Shown piece by piece: positions 16,649 through 20,922 of a DNA stretch of 20,922 nt. The DNA lies in the NCBI GenBank assembly GCA_016184305.1, contig JACPCX010000126.1, forward strand, positions 1-20,922, in the 5' to 3' direction. Made by a program: the position numbers and the translations under genes. Origin of the DNA: Candidatus Rokuibacteriota bacterium. GTDB taxonomy: Bacteria; Methylomirabilota; Methylomirabilia; Rokubacteriales; CSP1-6. Every line of letters begins with the position of its first letter. Position 1 is the stretch's first letter. The notes beneath the pieces are model-generated. The model was not told where the DNA came from. It saw only the letters and a list, made by a program, of their open reading frames with translations, and did no database searches.

Positions 16649-17599
16649 TCAGCCCCAGACGCCAGGGATCTTGGTCGCGCAGGAGGGGCAGGCGCCCCGG
16701 GTCTCGGTCAGGCGATCGCGCAGGATCCTGTATCCCTCGCGCTCGATGAGGAGCGTCTTGCAGGAGGGGCAGCACGTGTTCTCGAAGCGCCCGACCCGGC
16801 CGGGGAGGTTGCCGGCGTAGACGTAGCGGAGGCCCTCGCCGAGCCCGATCTCGGCGGCGCGGAGCACCGTCCTCGCGGGCGTGTCCTCGAGGTCCGTCAT
16901 CTTGTAGTCGCGGTGGAAGGCCGTGACGTGCCACGGGATGTCGGGGGAGACGGACACGAGGAAGCGCGCGAGCGCGCTGAGCTCCTCGTCGGAGTCGTTG
17001 TGCCCCGGCACCACCAGCGTGACGACCTCCGCCCAGAAGCCCCGGGCATGGAGCATGCGGATCGTGTCAAGCACCGTCTGCAGCACGCCGCCCAGCTTCC
17101 GGTACCGCCGGTCGTCGAAGCCCTTGAGGTCCACCTTGTAGAGGTCCACCCAGGGGCGCAGGAAGTCGAGCACCTCGGACGTCGCGTTCCCGTTCGACAC
17201 GTAGGAGCACGTGAGCCCCCGCGCCTTCCCTTCCTTGAAGATCTCCACCGCCCACTCGCTCGTGATGAGGGGCTCGTTGTAGGTGGAGGTGAGGACCCGC
17301 GCCCGGTGGCGGAGGGCCATGTCCACGATCTCGCGCGGGGTCACCTCCTGTGGCGGCGTGCCCGCGACGGGCTTCTTCTCGATGGGGTCGAGCTGCAGGC
17401 CGCCCACGTAGCCGGATGGCACCATCAGGCGGCCGTCCGCGTTGAAGCGCACCCGGCAGATGCCCCGCTGCCCCGGAGGGATCAGGCAGCGGTGGCCGCA
17501 GGCGTGGCAGCGCAACCGGGCCCCGGGGAGGCGCTCGTAGAGCTCGCCCTCCCGGGCGTGGCGCGAGAGGATCTGCTCGAGAGTTGCCGCGTGGGCCAT
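16649..17599 (-). CDS. amrS: AmmeMemoRadiSam radical SAM enzyme lacking the CxxxCxxC segment (probably inactive)
   Basis: CHACGHRC...GICRVR, DPIEKKP, TYNEP, VSNG, VDLK, PWHVTAFH and YVYAGN, plus C-terminal CPSC pairs; no CX3CX2C anywhere. Confidence 0.88.
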   Translation of the reverse strand: MAHAATLEQILSRHAREGELYERLPGARLRCHACGHRCLIPPGQRGICRVRFNADGRLMVPSGYVGGLQLDPIEKKPVAGTPPQEVTPREIVDMALRHRARVLTSTYNEPLITSEWAVEIFKEGKARGLTCSYVSNGNATSEVLDFLRPWVDLYKVDLKGFDDRRYRKLGGVLQTVLDTIRMLHARGFWAEVVTLVVPGHNDSDEELSALARFLVSVSPDIPWHVTAFHRDYKMTDLEDTPARTVLRAAEIGLGEGLRYVYAGNLPGRVGRFENTCCPSCKTLLIEREGYRILRDRLTETRGACPSCATKIPGVWG

Positions 17600-17631
17600 T
17601 CTCCCTCTACTTTACTCCCGGGGGGAGGGTG

Positions 17632-18069
17632 ATGGATGCGGGTCCCGTGAGGCGCCCGGCGGTGGCGGGATGGTTCTACCCGGACCGTCCAGAGGCGGTG
17701 GAGGCGGATCTCGCGCGCCTGATCGCGAACGTCGAGCCCAAGCGGACACCGAGGGCGGTCGTGGTGCCCCATGCCGGGTGGAGCTACTCGGGCCGCGTGG
17801 CCGGCGAGGTCTACGGGCGGGTGACGGTGCCGGCCCTCGTCGTGGTCCTCGGCCCGAATCATACGGGGCTGGGTCCCGCGGGCTCGATCATGTGCCGGGG
17901 GCGCTGGGCGCTGCCGGGCGGCGACCTCGCCATCGCCGAGCTGCTCGCCCGCTCGATCCTGGGCGCGGCGTCGGTGCTGGAGGAAGACGCCGCGGCGCAC
18001 GCCCGGGAGCACGCCATCGAGGTCCAGCTCCCCTTCCTCCGCCGCCTCCGTCCTGGCCTCCGTTTCGTG
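17632..18069 (+). pseudogene. amrB: AmmeMemoRadiSam protein B (Memo-like), 3'-truncated
   Basis: VRRPAVAGWFYP, PHAGWSYSG, LGPNHTG and HAREHAIEVQLPFL. Similarity stops at LRFV (18069); the SSD.SH/CG half is absent. Confidence 0.88.
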
Positions 18070-18070
18070 G

Positions 18071-18274
18071 GTCGGCGACGGGATCGTGGACGAGCGCACT
18101 GGACGCCTCGACCTCTACGATCGCCTCCCCAACCGGACGGGGTACGGGCGGATCACACCCGGCGGCCCGGTGGACCTCTACGGGCTCGACGGGAGAAGGG
18201 CCTTGCCCTCCACACTGCGGTGCTCCGAGAGCACGAATGCCGGTTGCCCTACTCCAGCCGCACGGAGTCGGTGA
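18071..18274 (+). pseudogene. Fragment of an unrelated small beta-repeat protein
   Basis: VGDGIVDERTGRLDLYDRLPNRTGYGRITPGGPVDLYGLDGRR, with GACCTCTACG repeated at 18110-18119 and 18173-18182; no SD. Confidence 0.4.
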
Positions 18275-20922
18275 GTCCAAGTTCTTACGGAGTCGGTGAG
18301 TCCAAGTTCTTGGAGAATCTGACGGAGTTCCGACGCCAGGGCTCCCGCGCTCTCGACCTTGACCGTCACCGAGAAGTCCAGCCCGATCTTCAGCTCGGAG
18401 CCGGTTCGCAGCTTTGGCAGGATCTTCGTGCCGAGGCGGTTCCAGACCTCCGGTGGAACCGTGCCTACAAGACGCAGCGTCCTGGTCGCAGCGCCGGGCG
18501 CGGGTCCCGGCCCGGGTTCTGGGCCAGGCGCGGGCTTCGGCGTGATCGTGGGCCCCGGCTCGGGTTCCGGCGTCGGCGCGGGTGTGGCAGGCACTCCGCT
18601 CTTGAGCGCCTCTGCGGTAGCCTTCCTCAGCAGGAACACGCCAGCCTCAAAGGCCACCTCGTCCGGCGCCACGAGCTCCTGGAACCACAGTCGCTCACAG
18701 CTCCGGTCGGTCTTCAGGCCCGACGCCAGACCAAAGTCGCCCCGCCCGACGAACTCGACGATCTTGTTCTTCAGGATCGCGTCGGGGTCGACGAGACGCG
18801 TGAGCGAGCCGTTGAGGAAGCTCTGCCGTAGGCTCGCGAGCGGCCATGCTCCCGAGGTCCTGAGAGCCGGCGGCCAGTTGCGCTCGATGTAGCCGGCACC
18901 CACGGACTCATTGAGGAGCGCTTCCGACTTGAGGGCGGCGATGACCCGGCCACACAGCGTCTCGCCGCTCGACGAGTGCCCCGCGCCGAGGTCGATCACC
19001 TTGAGGCCATCCGCCTCCTGGCCATCCGCGACGACAGCAAAGCGGTAGTCGCCCCAAACCTCGTCCCTGGCGGCCCCCTCGGCGTCCTTGACCCTGGACT
19101 GGAGCTCCGCGCGATCGCTCTTGTCGAACTCACCACCGAGCGTGCCCTCGGCGACCTCCCTCGCCACCCGTTTCCACGCCAGCGACACCTCGATCTTCTC
19201 GCGCAGGTCCCGCCCGGGCTTCTTGAGGCACCAGACGAGCGCGCCCGGGTAGAGACGCGGCGACTTGCCGCGCTGGCGTGTCCACTCGGCAAGCTGGGCG
19301 CGCAGCGGTCCGCTGCCCGACCACTCGCCCTCGGGATCGGCCACGAGGAGCGTGAGCCGGGGCGTGTCGGGGATCTCCGCCCCGTCCCGAGGGAACGGCA
19401 CAACGGGAACGCTCGCCCCCCGCCGGAACTCCTCCTCGACGAGCCTCCGCAGGGCGGGCCTAACCTCCGTCTCCTCGTCGAGCGACGCGCGCCGGTCGCT
19501 CACCACCTTCTTCATCGTGGGCTGGTAGCCGATGCGGAACCCGTCCGACCCCGCCTTGCGAACGAAGTAGGACCGGCTCTCGAGCGCGGACGCGGCATTG
19601 TCGATGGACGTCGTGTCCAGCTCGGGCTCGCCGAGGGCGAAGCGCAGCTCGGGCAGGTGCGCGACCTTGTCGGTCTGCCCGCCCGACGACTCGAAGAGAA
19701 TGGTGGTGCCGACACGCCGGTGGATGTCGCGGAGTGGCCCCGTGGTGTCGGCGTCGAGCGCCTTGCTGTGCGACTGCTCACCGGCGATGTCCGTGTCGAT
19801 CGCGGCGACGAGGCGCGACTCGCCGAGCTGACCCAAGATGATGCTCCTGAAACCCGGCACCGCGAGCGGCGCCGATCCAAGGGTGATGAGCGGCTCGGTG
19901 CGCGCCTTCTTGAAGCTCTCCGGCGCGGCGATCGCGATCCACTGGGCCAGCATCGCGAGCGTGCCGCGCGTCTGCTGGTACTGCGACAGCGCCTGCCACT
20001 TGCGCTGGAAGACCGACAGCGTCGCCGGATGGAACGGGTAGCAGGCCTCGAAGCGGCGCTGAAGGAACTCGCGCGCCTTGGCCTCGGTCGCGGTCGTGTC
20101 GACCGCCGTCCACTCCGCCGGGAGCCGCGCCCGCCGCTCGAAGCACCAGTCGCCGAAGGCCTTGGCGACGTTCTTCCGGATCTTCTCGCTCCCCAGGTCC
20201 TGGAAGAGCCGCCGCCGGACGACCTCGCTGATCTCGGTCTCGTCATTGGCGATCAGGTCCTTGGCGACGCGCCGCACGACCTTCGCGATCCGGTCCTGCC
20301 ACTCCGTGTCCCTCGCGACGGTCAGGTTCTGGATGAAGGCGTGGAACGATTCGGCGCTCCCGCGGTGGCGGTTCAGGAAGTTGAGCACCTCGTCGAAGAG
20401 GAGGAGCACGGGCGCCCCGGCGGCCTGGAAGACCCGCGCGATCGCCTCGGTTCCGGGCGGCGTGGTCCGCGCCGCGGGCCCGAGCGCCTCGACGCCCTTG
20501 TCTCCCGCGAGCTGGCGGGCGATGTCGATCCACGGCGTCTCGCGGCCCGGCTGCGGATCCCACGCGTTGCCCACGAAGACGGCGACCCGTGCCTCCGGAA
20601 CCAAGGAGAGCCCAGCCTCCCGCAGCAGGTCGGAGACGCCGGTGAACGCGGCTGCCTGGTCCCCGCTCTTCGCCAGGTGATAGAGCACGGTCAGCGTGTG
20701 CGTCTTGCCGCCGCCGAACTGGGTGATGAGCGTCAGCACCGGCGCGGTGTTCTCGGTCTTGCCCGAGAGGCGGCGCAGCACCATGCCGGCGTGCTCGCGC
20801 AGCGCCCGCGTGAAGCAGGTGCGGGCGAAGAACTGGGCCGGATCGCGATAGTCCTCCGGCGCCGTCCCGGCCACGACCTGCTCGAGGGCGATGGCGAACT
20901 CGTCCGGGTTGAACGAGCGGCC
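18178..20922 (-). CDS. DUF499 family AAA+ ATPase (5' end outside window)
   Basis: Frame open to the right edge (GRSFNPDEFAIALEQVVAGTAPEDY). Walker A TQFGGGKTH, Walker B LLLFDE, EVVRRRLF, CYPFHP and QQTRGTL, then a Pro-rich linker and small C-terminal domain. Confidence 0.92.
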   Translation of the reverse strand, partial: GRSFNPDEFAIALEQVVAGTAPEDYRDPAQFFARTCFTRALREHAGMVLRRLSGKTENTAPVLTLITQFGGGKTHTLTVLYHLAKSGDQAAAFTGVSDLLREAGLSLVPEARVAVFVGNAWDPQPGRETPWIDIARQLAGDKGVEALGPAARTTPPGTEAIARVFQAAGAPVLLLFDEVLNFLNRHRGSAESFHAFIQNLTVARDTEWQDRIAKVVRRVAKDLIANDETEISEVVRRRLFQDLGSEKIRKNVAKAFGDWCFERRARLPAEWTAVDTTATEAKAREFLQRRFEACYPFHPATLSVFQRKWQALSQYQQTRGTLAMLAQWIAIAAPESFKKARTEPLITLGSAPLAVPGFRSIILGQLGESRLVAAIDTDIAGEQSHSKALDADTTGPLRDIHRRVGTTILFESSGGQTDKVAHLPELRFALGEPELDTTSIDNAASALESRSYFVRKAGSDGFRIGYQPTMKKVVSDRRASLDEETEVRPALRRLVEEEFRRGASVPVVPFPRDGAEIPDTPRLTLLVADPEGEWSGSGPLRAQLAEWTRQRGKSPRLYPGALVWCLKKPGRDLREKIEVSLAWKRVAREVAEGTLGGEFDKSDRAELQSRVKDAEGAARDEVWGDYRFAVVADGQEADGLKVIDLGAGHSSSGETLCGRVIAALKSEALLNESVGAGYIERNWPPALRTSGAWPLASLRQSFLNGSLTRLVDPDAILKNKIVEFVGRGDFGLASGLKTDRSCERLWFQELVAPDEVAFEAGVFLLRKATAEALKSGVPATPAPTPEPEPGPTITPKPAPGPEPGPGPAPGAATRTLRLVGTVPPEVWNRLGTKILPKLRTGSELKIGLDFSVTVKVESAGALASELRQILQELGLTDSVRTWTHRLRAAGVGQPAFVLSEHRSVEGKALLPSSP
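18262..18311. repeat. Perfect 25-bp tandem duplication
   Basis: ACGGAGTCGGTGAGTCCAAGTTCTT at 18262-18286 and 18287-18311. Confidence 0.97.

Noticed and set aside
18262..18311. 25-bp repeat pair as a CRISPR mini-array
   Set aside because: The copies are directly adjacent with no spacer, lie in DUF499 coding sequence, and no cas genes are present.
18490..18595. Repetitive GC-rich stretch
   Set aside because: It encodes the Pro-rich linker of DUF499.
17584..18831. 415-aa ORF as a novel Memo fusion protein
   Set aside because: After 18069 it is read-through into an out-of-frame fragment and the DUF499 antisense strand.
1..20922. tRNA, rRNA, integrase or transposase
   Set aside because: None recognised in any frame or intergenic region.

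Overview
GC-rich bacterial DNA; gene content and codon style suggest Rokubacteria/Methylomirabilota, but that is inference only. Left to right: two convergent receiver-domain genes, a decayed kbl/bioF-type fragment, an RRM protein-small ORF-rpsU cluster, an LLM oxidoreductase and a DUF1285-like gene. Then a membrane GGDEF cyclase behind a sigma54/IHF/enhancer-like promoter, an atypical transketolase, DUF1847 and YqgE/AlgH. The centre is a TetR-linked divergon of a split B12-dependent acyl-CoA mutase and a phytoene-desaturase-family flavoprotein. The right side has a truncated second desaturase, TetR, an alpha/beta hydrolase, a damaged AmmeMemoRadiSam pair (amrS/amrB) and most of a DUF499 ATPase (defence-associated). 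The best candidate for an undescribed system is the mutase divergon, because its active-site residues match none of the characterised acyl-CoA mutase classes I recall. The right third carries several sharp lesions (in-frame deletions, truncations, a 25-bp tandem duplication) that may be real decay or assembly/amplification artefacts. Family assignments come from recognised motifs, not database searches.
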